Shown here in pieces: positions 20,015 through 29,814 of a DNA stretch of 64,000 bases. Numbering within the stretch: position 1 is the stretch's first letter; each line of letters starts with the position of its first letter. The DNA lies in assembly GCA_963977015.1 (NCBI GenBank), contig CAXBMO010000010.1, positions 1 through 64,000 of the forward strand, written 5' to 3'. This stretch comes from an uncultured bacterium. GTDB lineage: Bacteria; Verrucomicrobiota; Verrucomicrobiia; Verrucomicrobiales; DEV007. Below the pieces are notes generated by a model that was not told where the DNA came from, ran no database searches, and was given only the letters and a program-made list of their open reading frames with translations. The position numbers and the translations under genes were made by a program.

Positions 20015-23000
20015 ATGAAATCCAGGCTTACTAAAAACCTCTGCCTCACCGTTTTCAGTCTCGTTCTCGTCACGGGAAATCTTCGGGCACAGGATATTCA
20101 GGAACTTTATTACAAAGCCTCTCAGTTTTCCCAGGGAGGGAACTTTGAGGAGGCACTAAAGACCTATCAACTGATGGTCGAACAGTTTTCTGAGTTCGCT
20201 TGGGATGACTACGGCCCGATGTTTGGCGGCGTCTATTACGAGAAAGGGCTCTGTCATCTCCAGCTCAAGCAATTCGAAGAGGCGGAAGAGGCGTTTCGGA
20301 TTTCCCACGAGGATTACCCGAATGCTGACAAGATTCCCTATGGCAGCCGGAAGGAAGCCCCCAAGGTTGCCAACCCGAACCGGGTTTGGGAGTTGGCGGT
20401 GTTTCAATGGGGATATGCAAAGCAGGCGCAGGATCAATTTCAGGAAGCTCTCGATCTCTATGAAAAATTTGTGAGCCTCAAACCGGATCCATCCATTTTG
20501 AAGTCAATCCATGCGGCTTACGTTTTGAGAAAGGGAGTCTGCCTCATCGGTGTGGGCAATCTGGATGAAGGGGCTGCCGAGATTGAGCGGTTGTTTGCTG
20601 AGCGCGAAACGTTTCAGGCGTCAGGGCGTTTGTTGTTCCAGGCGATGTTGGATTTGTCCCTTGGCTGGGTGGATAGTGCGCAGAAGGGCGGAGACAAAGC
20701 TGCGATCAATAAGTCTGCGAACAAGTTTCTCGACACCTACGGCAGTCTGTTTTCCATCAGCCCTTACGAGAAACAGCAGTTGGGATTTGTCGACCGACTG
20801 CGTTTGATTGGTTATCGGGCCCAGCAGGCTGGATTGAATGTCGTGGCGCTTCGCTTTTTCTCGATGGTGCCGACCACTCAGGACATTTTGGATGATCTTC
20901 GAACCCGAGCGGCACAAACCGGTGGTGCGGCACGAGCACGGTATGACGAAGTTATTGCAGAGTATGAAGGGAAACTGCAGGCGCCCGATCCGCCGGAATT
21001 GGAGACGCTGCGACTGGTCGCCGCTGCCTGGGAAGGCTTGGGGAACCGCCGGGCCGGGTTGGTCATCAGCCAGCATTTGATCGATACCTATCCAAGTTCG
21101 AAAAGCTTGCCGCAGATTCTTCACGAGGCATCCCGGTATGCGTTTGCTCTGGGGGATGCGAATGCTGCTCAGTATTACGGGGAGGTGTTCATGAACAAAT
21201 TCCCGAATCACGAGCTGCGGGACAATGTCGCGACCTTCATGCTTCAGTCTCTCTTCCGGAATCGGAAATACGAGATCTGTCTGGATATCGCCGACAAGGT
21301 CCGGCTTAATTTTCCTTTGGGAGATGCGAAACGGGAATTGGCCGATTTCATCTATGGATCCTCTCTCTATTACCTGAATCGCCAGGAAGAAGCCGAAGGG
21401 GCTTTGGCTGATCACGTGAAAGAATATCCTGACAGTTCCAATCTGGAATCGAGTCGTTTCTTTCAGGCGAGCAACAAGATCATTCTCGGGAAGTATGGCG
21501 CAGCAGGTCCGTTGCTCGATGCCTATTTGAAGGATTACCCCTCGAGTCCGTTCAAGGACCAGGTGCTCTTTGATCGTGCGACCTGCTATTACATCCATGA
21601 CAGCGATTACGTCAGCACGCTTCAAAAGCTGGATCAGATCAAGCAGGAGCATTCGACTTCCTCGATTCTGGATCGCGCCCATATCCTGACTGGAGACACT
21701 CAACGGGCGATGTCCGCTTCTCCAGAGGAGGGCAAGGAAACGGCTGACTACCAGAAACTGGCTGTTGCGGCCTATCTTGAGGCCAAGGACGTGGCTGAGC
21801 GATTGGAACATGGTGATGTCAGAGCAGAAGCGCTTTTCAAGTTGGTGGATGTGGAAACCGAACTGGAAATGTGGGCGGATGCAGTGGCGCATTACGATGC
21901 GTTTTTCCCCAAACACGTTGGAAACTACTGGGAGCCGCAGATCTCCGTTTTTGGAATGGATGCGCTGCAGGAGGAGGGGCGTGCCGAAGATGGGCTGACT
22001 CAGCTGGAGAAGATGATCAAGCAGTTGTCCGATGATGACACCAAGGTCGAGTTGCTGGCTCAGTCGATTGGTTCCTACCAGACTGCGTCGATCGACAATC
22101 GTGGCTTCCAGCCCACGATTCAGAAATACGACGAGATGATTTCGAGCGGAAACACGACCTTGCAGACTCAACTGCTGATTCACAAGATCATGGTCTACCA
22201 GGAGGAGAAGAAGCAGGCTGACAAAGAAGACAAGGCTGCCCTTGCCAAAATCGATGCCAGCATCGGTGGCGTTTTCCAGAAGTTGAAGGATTACGAGATG
22301 GAAGTCCTCTCTGATCTGGCGCTGAAAGCAATTGGCGAACACTTGGAGAAGGACAACCCCTTCCAGGCCAAGCCATTCTTCGAGGAATTGTTGCTTCGCG
22401 AGAACCTTCTCTACAAAGCTCCAGCCGAGATGGCTCTTGGTCGGATCGAGATGGTGAGTCAGAACCCAGCCGAAGTGGACAACTCGATTCAGCGGTTTAA
22501 GCGCATCATCAACGATTACAAAGATCCGAAGTTTGAGGCGGAAGCTCTCATTCCTGAAGCTCACCTGAACATTGCCCGGATTTCAGTGAACAAGAAGCGA
22601 TGGGATACCGCGATGGAATATCTCGAGCCTTATATCAACAACAAGCGCTGGGACTCCGGGAAAAAGGAGCGCAGGGCGGAGGCAATGTATCTCTACGGGT
22701 TCTCGCTTGAAAATGACGATCAAGTCGATGAGGCGATCAAGATCTACAATGCCAACTTTGGTGTTTATCCCGGCTATCCCGAGTGGGTTGCCCGAGGCGT
22801 TGAACGCGGGTTTGAGTTGGGATTCAAGCGTGAGTATGACACCCCGGAAATTGCAGCCGAAAAGAAACTGCAGGCTTACAAGTATCTGCGCCGAATCCTC
22901 TATTCCTGGCAAAAGATGCCAGAGGGAGAATACGATGCCTTGGACCGGCTGAGGCGAAAGCAGGAAAGCGTCGAAGTCGATCTTGGATTAACGGCCGCCC

Positions 23001-23044
23001 AAATCGAGGAAATCGAATTCGAACTCGGCCTGCGCCAGCGCTAA
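20015..23044 (+). CDS. Large exported tetratricopeptide-repeat protein (1009 aa)
   Basis: Signal peptide and many TPR-like helix pairs ending in xxYP/FPxS. Confidence 0.88.
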   Translation: MKSRLTKNLCLTVFSLVLVTGNLRAQDIQELYYKASQFSQGGNFEEALKTYQLMVEQFSEFAWDDYGPMFGGVYYEKGLCHLQLKQFEEAEEAFRISHEDYPNADKIPYGSRKEAPKVANPNRVWELAVFQWGYAKQAQDQFQEALDLYEKFVSLKPDPSILKSIHAAYVLRKGVCLIGVGNLDEGAAEIERLFAERETFQASGRLLFQAMLDLSLGWVDSAQKGGDKAAINKSANKFLDTYGSLFSISPYEKQQLGFVDRLRLIGYRAQQAGLNVVALRFFSMVPTTQDILDDLRTRAAQTGGAARARYDEVIAEYEGKLQAPDPPELETLRLVAAAWEGLGNRRAGLVISQHLIDTYPSSKSLPQILHEASRYAFALGDANAAQYYGEVFMNKFPNHELRDNVATFMLQSLFRNRKYEICLDIADKVRLNFPLGDAKRELADFIYGSSLYYLNRQEEAEGALADHVKEYPDSSNLESSRFFQASNKIILGKYGAAGPLLDAYLKDYPSSPFKDQVLFDRATCYYIHDSDYVSTLQKLDQIKQEHSTSSILDRAHILTGDTQRAMSASPEEGKETADYQKLAVAAYLEAKDVAERLEHGDVRAEALFKLVDVETELEMWADAVAHYDAFFPKHVGNYWEPQISVFGMDALQEEGRAEDGLTQLEKMIKQLSDDDTKVELLAQSIGSYQTASIDNRGFQPTIQKYDEMISSGNTTLQTQLLIHKIMVYQEEKKQADKEDKAALAKIDASIGGVFQKLKDYEMEVLSDLALKAIGEHLEKDNPFQAKPFFEELLLRENLLYKAPAEMALGRIEMVSQNPAEVDNSIQRFKRIINDYKDPKFEAEALIPEAHLNIARISVNKKRWDTAMEYLEPYINNKRWDSGKKERRAEAMYLYGFSLENDDQVDEAIKIYNANFGVYPGYPEWVARGVERGFELGFKREYDTPEIAAEKKLQAYKYLRRILYSWQKMPEGEYDALDRLRRKQESVEVDLGLTAAQIEEIEFELGLRQR

Positions 23045-23079
23045 GCCCCCACGAAATTTATTCTTAAACGAATCAACTT

Positions 23080-24123
23080 ATGAAACTCCTGAATTTGACG
23101 GTCATCTCCGCATTCGTGGTCACCGCGATTGCCATTCCCCAGACGTCGTTTGCGAAGCCGGCGGCCTGCCAGATCGCTCTTGCTGATGGTGGACGAAAGA
23201 CCGGGTTTATCGCTCGGACCAACGACAAGGGTATCCTTTTCACCTACAGCGAAAACGAGAAAGGGCCGGGAGAGCAGTATACTCACCAACAAGTGCTTGC
23301 GGTGGTTTTCACTGATGAAGGTGACATCATGGGGCCAGCCCGTCATGCATATAGCCGTTCCAACTACGAGGAAGCGGAAACCTTGTTCAAGAGTGTTGCC
23401 GAGGAATATGATAACCTTTGGGGGATCAGCCGGGCACAACGTGGGAATTTTGCTTCCGAAGCCCGGTATTTCCAGGTCGATTGTCTTCGGCGCCTTGGCC
23501 GCTATGCTGAGATTGCCCCGGCACTGCAGACCAACACAGGCAAGAGCCTCGAGAATTCCCTGGCTGAAGTCTACCTCCCCAAACTGAAGCTCTTTCACAT
23601 GTGGGAAAAGCTTGCTGGTGGAGACTGGGATGCCTTGGCTGCCGATCTCAAAACGTATGAGCAGGAAGCAACTGGGGACAAAGCGAAGCTGGTTCCTGTT
23701 CCGGTTTTCGAAGCCGATTCCCCGGCGTTGTTGGTTCAGCTCTCCTACATGAGAGGGAAGGTTTTTGCTGCAAAAGATGATAAGGAGAACGCGCTTCGCG
23801 ATTTTTATCGTGCGGTTACACTCGATTACGGAAGTGATCCGGTCCTCAGCCAAAAGGCCATGGACGAGGCTCTTGCCATTCAGTCGACGGATCCCAAACT
23901 GAAGGAAAGCTATCCTCAGCAGACCGAAATCCACGCGTTGGCGCGAGTTTACCAAGAAGGCTACGCCAAAGGAGATATCGACATTCAGTACCGGGAATTC
24001 ACCCGCGAACCTGAAATGCCGGAGGCCATCAAGAAGCAACTTGAGGCTGAGAAGGCAACGGAAAAGGCTGGGGAGGCGAAAGCTCCGGAAGCCGCACCAG
24101 TCGAAGAGAAGAAGCCAGAATAA
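23080..24123 (+). CDS. Exported TPR-like protein
   Basis: Signal peptide, helical repeats and an E/A/K/P-rich tail; last gene of the exbBD-TPR cluster. Confidence 0.8.
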   Translation: MKLLNLTVISAFVVTAIAIPQTSFAKPAACQIALADGGRKTGFIARTNDKGILFTYSENEKGPGEQYTHQQVLAVVFTDEGDIMGPARHAYSRSNYEEAETLFKSVAEEYDNLWGISRAQRGNFASEARYFQVDCLRRLGRYAEIAPALQTNTGKSLENSLAEVYLPKLKLFHMWEKLAGGDWDALAADLKTYEQEATGDKAKLVPVPVFEADSPALLVQLSYMRGKVFAAKDDKENALRDFYRAVTLDYGSDPVLSQKAMDEALAIQSTDPKLKESYPQQTEIHALARVYQEGYAKGDIDIQYREFTREPEMPEAIKKQLEAEKATEKAGEAKAPEAAPVEEKKPE

Positions 24124-24177
24124 GGGCGCGCTATCGGATTTTTCCGACGTTTGCCACCCTTGTTTGTTTCGGTCCTT

Positions 24178-25032
24178 CTAGGTCTCAATCCAGAATGATT
24201 TGAGATAGTCTTCCGGTTGGAATTCCGGAGGCATTTCCAAGGATTCGATGTCGGTCGTTTTGTGGCCAATGGATTCAACGATCACATTCTCAAATCCGGT
24301 CGGGCTAAAGCCCCTGTAGTTGGTGCAAGCCAGCATCCACCCATTGGGATTGAGGATTGCCAGCGCAAGTTGAAGCAGTTCGCCGTAATGTTTCTCAACG
24401 CGGAAGACGTTTCCCTTTTCGTTTCGAGAGAAGGTTGGGGGATCAAGAATGACACCGTCAAAACGCACCCCACTTTTCTTCCAACGGCGAAGCCAGTCGA
24501 AGGTGTCCCCGCGAGTAAAGTACTGAGAGGTTGGCTCAAGGTCGTTGTGTCCAAAGTTTCGCTTCCCCCATTCCAGGTAGTTTTTGCTGAGATCAACGCT
24601 GGTCGAGACCGCGCCGCCAAGGGCTGCGGCAACTGAAAACGCACAAGTGTAAGCAAACGTGTTGAGAACCCGGTCGCCCGGCTGAACACGATTGCGGACT
24701 TTTTGACGATTGAGCCGTTGATCGAGGAAGATGCCCTGCGAATAACCGGCTTGGAAGTCGACCTCGTATTTTGCTCCGTGTTCACGAACGACCAGCGGAG
24801 AATTGAAAGGTTGTCCGGAGACTTGGCTTGGCGCCTCCCGGTCCTCCTGCTCCAACTGCTTCCACCACACGGATTGGGGCTCGTCTTGTTCGTGAATCCA
24901 TTCTGGAAAATCAAGGTCACGAGTTTGGACCAGCCAATGGCCGACGTAGCTCTCGATGGCATACCTTTCCCCGGTGTAGACGCGGAAGGCGTCGGTATCT
25001 GAGGATGGTGAAGAAGCGAGTTTGGGGAGCAT
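24178..25032 (-). CDS. Class I SAM-dependent methyltransferase (RlmI/RlmK-like)
   Basis: GIFLDQRLNR, VLNTFAYTCAFS, VDLSKNYLEWG and ILDPPTF motifs. The ATG directly abuts the upstream gene's TAA. Confidence 0.88.
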   Translation of the reverse strand: MLPKLASSPSSDTDAFRVYTGERYAIESYVGHWLVQTRDLDFPEWIHEQDEPQSVWWKQLEQEDREAPSQVSGQPFNSPLVVREHGAKYEVDFQAGYSQGIFLDQRLNRQKVRNRVQPGDRVLNTFAYTCAFSVAAALGGAVSTSVDLSKNYLEWGKRNFGHNDLEPTSQYFTRGDTFDWLRRWKKSGVRFDGVILDPPTFSRNEKGNVFRVEKHYGELLQLALAILNPNGWMLACTNYRGFSPTGFENVIVESIGHKTTDIESLEMPPEFQPEDYLKSFWIET

Positions 25033-26178
25033 TTAGCTGTCGATCCGAATTTTACTGACGTCTGGTGGCTCCCATGAAACTACGATTAATTGGTCGCCGC
25101 CACGAATCGTTCCCAACGATTTTCCGCGACTGCCGTCGGTGCAAGGATTGAGAAAGATATCTCCGCCGCGTTTCACGCCGATCAGAATGGCGGGATTCTG
25201 TTGATCCCGGTTCTGCGCAAAAATCAGGCTCAATTCCTGGAAACTCATTCCATGAAATCGCATCGGGGCTTTTTCGATCATGTAGATCTCATTGGTTTCA
25301 TCGGAGTAGGTCAGGAGGCGATTGTAGACTTCGGAGAGTCCCTCGTGGATTGCCGTTTGCGCGAGAATGCCGAGTCCGAAATCCTGGGCGCAGACGACTT
25401 CGTTGACTCCGGCGTCGCGTAAATGCTGAATCCGGCGATGATCGACCGCTTCAGCCACGATATGCGGTGTATTCGTGCCCTCAGTTTGGCAAATCCGGTG
25501 AATGGCGAGTGCAATTAGTGCCGAGTTTCCATCCGGATCATCGGTGTGATGGGCTTCGTCAGAGAGCAGAATGACGCTTCTGGAGCGGTGGGCTCGACAG
25601 ACACGAAGGACGTCGTGAAATGAGGGGTCACTATTGATAAAGGTCACATTCTGGAACCAGGGCTTCTTATCGTGATCAGCGGTATTGATCTCATGGGGAG
25701 CAATGACGACAATTTCCACGCCGGGCAACCCGTCGCAGGAATGAAGCTCTGATACGACGCGATCACCGCGTTCGTTCCAGTTGCAGATGATGATGTGTTC
25801 TCGGATGTCCTTGGGCATGTTGATCTCCTGATCTTTTCTGACGAAATAGGACGCAATGCGTCCGGTGATTGTGGCGACCAATCCGATCCCCACAATGAAA
25901 ACCAATACGGCGACAAACTTGCCGCCGGGAGATTGCGGTTCGTAGTCGCCAAAGCCGGTGCAAAAATAGACGAGAATCTTCCAAACTGCGTCCCATCCAG
26001 TGCTGTCCTCCTCCCCGACAGCACCCCGTTCGCACAGGTAGAAGATCCCGGTCATCAGGGCAATGAAGCCAAAAAACAAAACCAGAACTCGAACCGTCTG
26101 CACCATTTTTGCCTGCGTGCGGTATTTCTGAATCCTGGAGGAGTTTTGCGACCCGCGTCGTTTATTGGGGGGAGCCAT
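25033..26178 (-). CDS. Two-TM ion (K+) channel with RCK domains
   Basis: Pore-like YFCTGFGDYEPQS, second TM helix, HIIICNWNERG Rossmann-like RCK, and a C-terminal RCK_C-like segment. Start is 26178 or 26211. Confidence 0.85.
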   Translation of the reverse strand: MAPPNKRRGSQNSSRIQKYRTQAKMVQTVRVLVLFFGFIALMTGIFYLCERGAVGEEDSTGWDAVWKILVYFCTGFGDYEPQSPGGKFVAVLVFIVGIGLVATITGRIASYFVRKDQEINMPKDIREHIIICNWNERGDRVVSELHSCDGLPGVEIVVIAPHEINTADHDKKPWFQNVTFINSDPSFHDVLRVCRAHRSRSVILLSDEAHHTDDPDGNSALIALAIHRICQTEGTNTPHIVAEAVDHRRIQHLRDAGVNEVVCAQDFGLGILAQTAIHEGLSEVYNRLLTYSDETNEIYMIEKAPMRFHGMSFQELSLIFAQNRDQQNPAILIGVKRGGDIFLNPCTDGSRGKSLGTIRGGDQLIVVSWEPPDVSKIRIDS

Positions 26179-26531
26179 CAGTCGAATGGTGAACCTATAC
26201 TGTTGGTACACGTTGGCAACTGCTGACTGTTTTTGGTTAGGTTAGAATTCGGCGGGATCCGCTGTGATTCTGGCTGGGGTTCGGTTTCTCAAGAGCGGAG
26301 TCACGGTTCGCCCCTCACAATAAAGGCGAATTGTCTCTGAAAACCTGATATTCGCGAAACCAACAGGAAGTTGAAAACCGGAGGTGCATTTGAGGGGAAA
26401 CCGAATAAAAAGCTGCGCTGAGCCGTATTTATTGTGAGTATTTCTAATTTTTGAGAAATTGTGGTTGCGCTAGGAAGTAAATGGTTTACGGAGTTTAAAT
26501 ACTCAACCTTTCAAATTAACCCAAAAACATA

Positions 26532-27107
26532 ATGATCGATAAAAACGAAGAACTTCCTGATTTGCTTTCGGTGAAAGAGACTGCGGCATATATCCGCTCG
26601 CCGCAGCCCTCCGTCTATTACCTGATCAAGGAAGGTAAGATTCCAGCGATTCGCATTGGTGGAAGATGGAAGATCAAGCGGAAGGCTTTGGACGATATGT
26701 ATGGGTTGGGAGAAACGGAAATGCCCCGTGCATTGATCGTTGAAGATGATCCTGGCATTCAGAAGTTTTTTGCTGATTACTTGAGCAGAACCGGCGTCAT
26801 GCAAACCATTGCAAGCACTGGTGCAGAAGCGATTAGTGCGGTGAAGTCGCGTGAATTCGATTTCGTCTTTCTGGACCTGAAGCTGCCGGACGTTGGTGGT
26901 GACGAGGTTTTTGAGCAGATCAAAGCCATTTACCCCGATTTGTCGGTCGTCATCACGACCAGTTACCCTGATAGCGAGATGTTGAGCCGGATTCTCAACA
27001 CAGCGCCTGTGACCGTTTTGAAAAAGCCGGTCGATCTCAAGCAGCTTGAGGGAATCGTCCGCTTTCTGACTCATCGCCCCAACGCCGAGGCTGGTCTTGC
27101 CAGCTGA
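26532..27107 (+). CDS. Response regulator with N-terminal excisionase-like HTH (HTH_17) domain
   Basis: LLSVKETAAYIR...YYLIKEGKIPAIRIGGRWKI (HTH_17), followed by ALIVEDD...FLDLKLP...TT...KP (receiver). Confidence 0.9.
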   Translation: MIDKNEELPDLLSVKETAAYIRSPQPSVYYLIKEGKIPAIRIGGRWKIKRKALDDMYGLGETEMPRALIVEDDPGIQKFFADYLSRTGVMQTIASTGAEAISAVKSREFDFVFLDLKLPDVGGDEVFEQIKAIYPDLSVVITTSYPDSEMLSRILNTAPVTVLKKPVDLKQLEGIVRFLTHRPNAEAGLAS

Positions 27108-27132
27108 GTTGGGCGATAGCTCCAATTTTGCG

Positions 27133-27168
27133 AAGCCCGCTTTTCCTTGGAGGGAAAGCGGGTTTTTT
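27133..27168 (+). terminator. Rho-independent terminator between convergent genes
   Basis: gcccgcttttcc-ttgga-gggaaagcgggt stem-loop followed by a T run. Confidence 0.8.
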
Positions 27169-27185
27169 GGGCCCTGTTCAGACCA

Positions 27186-28271
27186 TCAACTCCGAAACCA
27201 TCCCTTCTTCTTGGACTCGGCGATCACTTTGCCCATCGCTTCCTGGTCCCGGGAGTTTGCCAAAGCTTCCTCGGGCGAAATCTGATGTTGGCGAACCAGG
27301 TTTTCCAAACTGACGTCGATGGTGTGCATCCCTTCGTTCTGACCGATCTCCATCAAACCAAGAATCTGTTCCACCTTTCGTCCCCGAAGACAGTTGCGAA
27401 TCGCGTAGTTCATGATCATGACCTCGGTTGCCAGGACTCGCTGTTTTCCATCGACATGGGGCAGCAGTCGCTGTGAAACGACGGCGCGGAGACTGTTGGA
27501 GAGTTGCGCAATCATCTGACCTTGCTGATCAGCAGGGAAAGCGTCGATCATCCGATCGATCGCCTTGGGGGCGTCCTGAGTGTGCAGAGTGCTGAGAACC
27601 AGATGACCGGTTTCGGCGGCGGTAACGGCAGCCTGCATCGTCTCCAGGTCCCGCATCTCGCTCACCAGAATGACGTCCGGATCCTGCCGAACGACGTGGC
27701 GAAGTGCATTGGCAAAACTGAGGGTGTCGTGCCCAATCTCACGTTGCTTAACGAGGGATTTCCCGTGACGGAAGATGAATTCGATCGGGTCCTCGACGGA
27801 GACGATGACACCGCTCCGATTCTCGCTCATTCTTTTGACCATCGCGGCCAGGGTTGTGCTTTTGCCCGAGCCGGTGATTCCGGTCACGAGAATCAGCCCC
27901 TGGCGAAGATCGCAGAGCTGCTCCACGATGGGTTGATGACCCAGTTCCGCGATTTCGGGCACATGGTCCGGAATATGGCGAAACGCAGCTTCGAGGGCAC
28001 CGCGATTGTAGTGGGCGTTGCCGCGAAATCGTCCCAGTTGATCGATGTGGAGCGCAAAATCCAGTTCCAGATGCTCTTCCAGATTTGCGCGCTGGCGATC
28101 GTTGAGAATGGCCATCACCAATTGATGGCAGGTTTCCCGGTCCAGAATCGATTCATCAATCCGCTGCATAACGCCGTGAAGTCGAATCATGGGTGGGGCA
28201 TCCACACTGAGGTGGAGGTCTGAGCCGCGTTGCTCGACCATGGTTTGGAGATAGCTGAGTATGTCGGACAT
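27186..28271 (-). CDS. pilT: PilT/PilU family type IV pilus retraction ATPase
   Basis: GSDLHL, GITGSGKSTT, VEDPIE, RQDPDVILVSEMRD and AETGHLVLSTLHT motifs. Likely ATG at 28271. Confidence 0.92.
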   Translation of the reverse strand: MSDILSYLQTMVEQRGSDLHLSVDAPPMIRLHGVMQRIDESILDRETCHQLVMAILNDRQRANLEEHLELDFALHIDQLGRFRGNAHYNRGALEAAFRHIPDHVPEIAELGHQPIVEQLCDLRQGLILVTGITGSGKSTTLAAMVKRMSENRSGVIVSVEDPIEFIFRHGKSLVKQREIGHDTLSFANALRHVVRQDPDVILVSEMRDLETMQAAVTAAETGHLVLSTLHTQDAPKAIDRMIDAFPADQQGQMIAQLSNSLRAVVSQRLLPHVDGKQRVLATEVMIMNYAIRNCLRGRKVEQILGLMEIGQNEGMHTIDVSLENLVRQHQISPEEALANSRDQEAMGKVIAESKKKGWFRS

Positions 28272-28433
28272 GAAAATTTGAGGACGACGATCGCTGACAG
28301 TATGAGCCTTCTTCAGCTGGGAGTTCAATGCCGAAGCTTGCCCCAGCTGTAGAATCCGTCCTTTCCCGATAAAAGGTCTCGCCGACAGCCGTGATACCCC
28401 CTAGAAATAAAGTCCTAACCAAACACAAGCCCC

Positions 28434-29657
28434 ATGAAGTACCGGTTACTCATCTTCTCGTTCTCCTTCCTAGCAACCTTCTGGATTCAGGCAGAAGACA
28501 ATTGGCCTCGATTCAGGGGACCGCATGGGACCGGGCATTCCGAGGCGAAAGAGGTACCCGTGACTTGGAATGCGGATTCGGTGGCTTGGAAAGTTGAATT
28601 AAAAGGTGAAGGACAGTCTTCTCCGGTAATTTGGGACGACAAAATTTTCCTCACGAGTGCAACTGTAGATGGCAGGGAACGGCTGATTCTTTGCCTTGAT
28701 CGACGAAATGGAGAATTGATTTGGGAAGCCAAAGTCGCGGTTGAGCAATTGGAGACTCCGCATCGGATGAACTCGTGGGCCACCCCAACTTGTGTGACGG
28801 ATGGTGAGTTTGTCGTCGCTTTCTTTGGGCCGGGCGGGATCCATTGCTATGACCTGGATGGCAAGAAGCAGTGGTCCAAAGCGGTTGGCGATTTTCCAGG
28901 GCCATGGGGAATCGCTGCGTCTCCGATCATTTACGGTGATACGGTGATTCAGAACTGTGATGCCGAGGGAGCTTCCTTCCTGATCGCTTTCAACAAGAAG
29001 ACCGGTGAAGAGGTTTGGAAGACCAGACGTCAGGACATGCCGAGGGGAGGGTGGTCGACACCCATTGTGATTGAGTTTGGTGGGCGCGAGGAGTTGGTGC
29101 TCAACGGAGAATTCGGAGTGAACAGCTATGATCCCAGGACCGGCGAGGATCTCTGGTTTTGCGCGGGGTTCAACGGAAGGGGAACTCCGGTTCCCGACTA
29201 TGCCGACGGCAAACTTTTCGTGGTGAACGGAAAGCCGGGGAATACCTACTCGGTCCGGCCCGGGGGAAATGGAGATGTCACGGCTACCCACAGAGTCTGG
29301 AATTCGAGGCGCCAAGGGGGGCGTGATTTACCGTCGCCCGCTGTGATTGGGGATTACGTGCTCATCAGCAGCATGTCCGGAATTCTCACCTGTTATGACG
29401 CGAAGACGGGAGATGCCCACTATTCCGAGCGCTTGGGAGGTGAATTTGCGGCTTCTCCATTGGTTGCCAACGGAATGGCATACTTTACCAGCACGATGGG
29501 AGAGACGATTGTGATCCGACCGGGCAAGAGTCTTGACGTCGTTGCGCGGAATTCGTTGGGGTCATCCAGCAGCGAAATTTTCCGGGCGACATTGGCTCCC
29601 GTTCGGGGGCAATTGTTCTGTCGATCACAGAGCGTCCTCTATTGCATTGGTGACTAG
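28434..29657 (+). CDS. Exported PQQ-binding-like beta-propeller protein
   Basis: Signal peptide, NWPRFRGP, and repeated SSP/ASP...G..W blade motifs. Confidence 0.88.
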   Translation: MKYRLLIFSFSFLATFWIQAEDNWPRFRGPHGTGHSEAKEVPVTWNADSVAWKVELKGEGQSSPVIWDDKIFLTSATVDGRERLILCLDRRNGELIWEAKVAVEQLETPHRMNSWATPTCVTDGEFVVAFFGPGGIHCYDLDGKKQWSKAVGDFPGPWGIAASPIIYGDTVIQNCDAEGASFLIAFNKKTGEEVWKTRRQDMPRGGWSTPIVIEFGGREELVLNGEFGVNSYDPRTGEDLWFCAGFNGRGTPVPDYADGKLFVVNGKPGNTYSVRPGGNGDVTATHRVWNSRRQGGRDLPSPAVIGDYVLISSMSGILTCYDAKTGDAHYSERLGGEFAASPLVANGMAYFTSTMGETIVIRPGKSLDVVARNSLGSSSSEIFRATLAPVRGQLFCRSQSVLYCIGD

Positions 29658-29747
29658 CACTATGGTAAATGGTGGTGTTTTGCAAAATTCTGGAAACGAA
29701 TTTCCTCGTAAAGGAGTCAAAAGTGACAAAATCTGTAACGAGCGACT

Positions 29748-29775
29748 TTGATACCTGCTGAAGTTATGGTAAATT
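29748..29775 (+). promoter_or_regulatory. Candidate sigma70-type promoter for the DUF1501 operon
   Basis: TTGATA-N16-TAAATT with a TG extension, in an AT-rich spacer ~40 bp upstream of the ATG. Confidence 0.35.
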
Positions 29776-29814
29776 TTGTAAACCTTTGTAATCAACATTG
29801 GTTAATTACTCATC

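Noticed and set aside
26532-26700. Excisionase-like HTH as a sign of a prophage or integrative element
   Set aside because: It is fused to a receiver domain, and no integrase, att site or phage gene is nearby.
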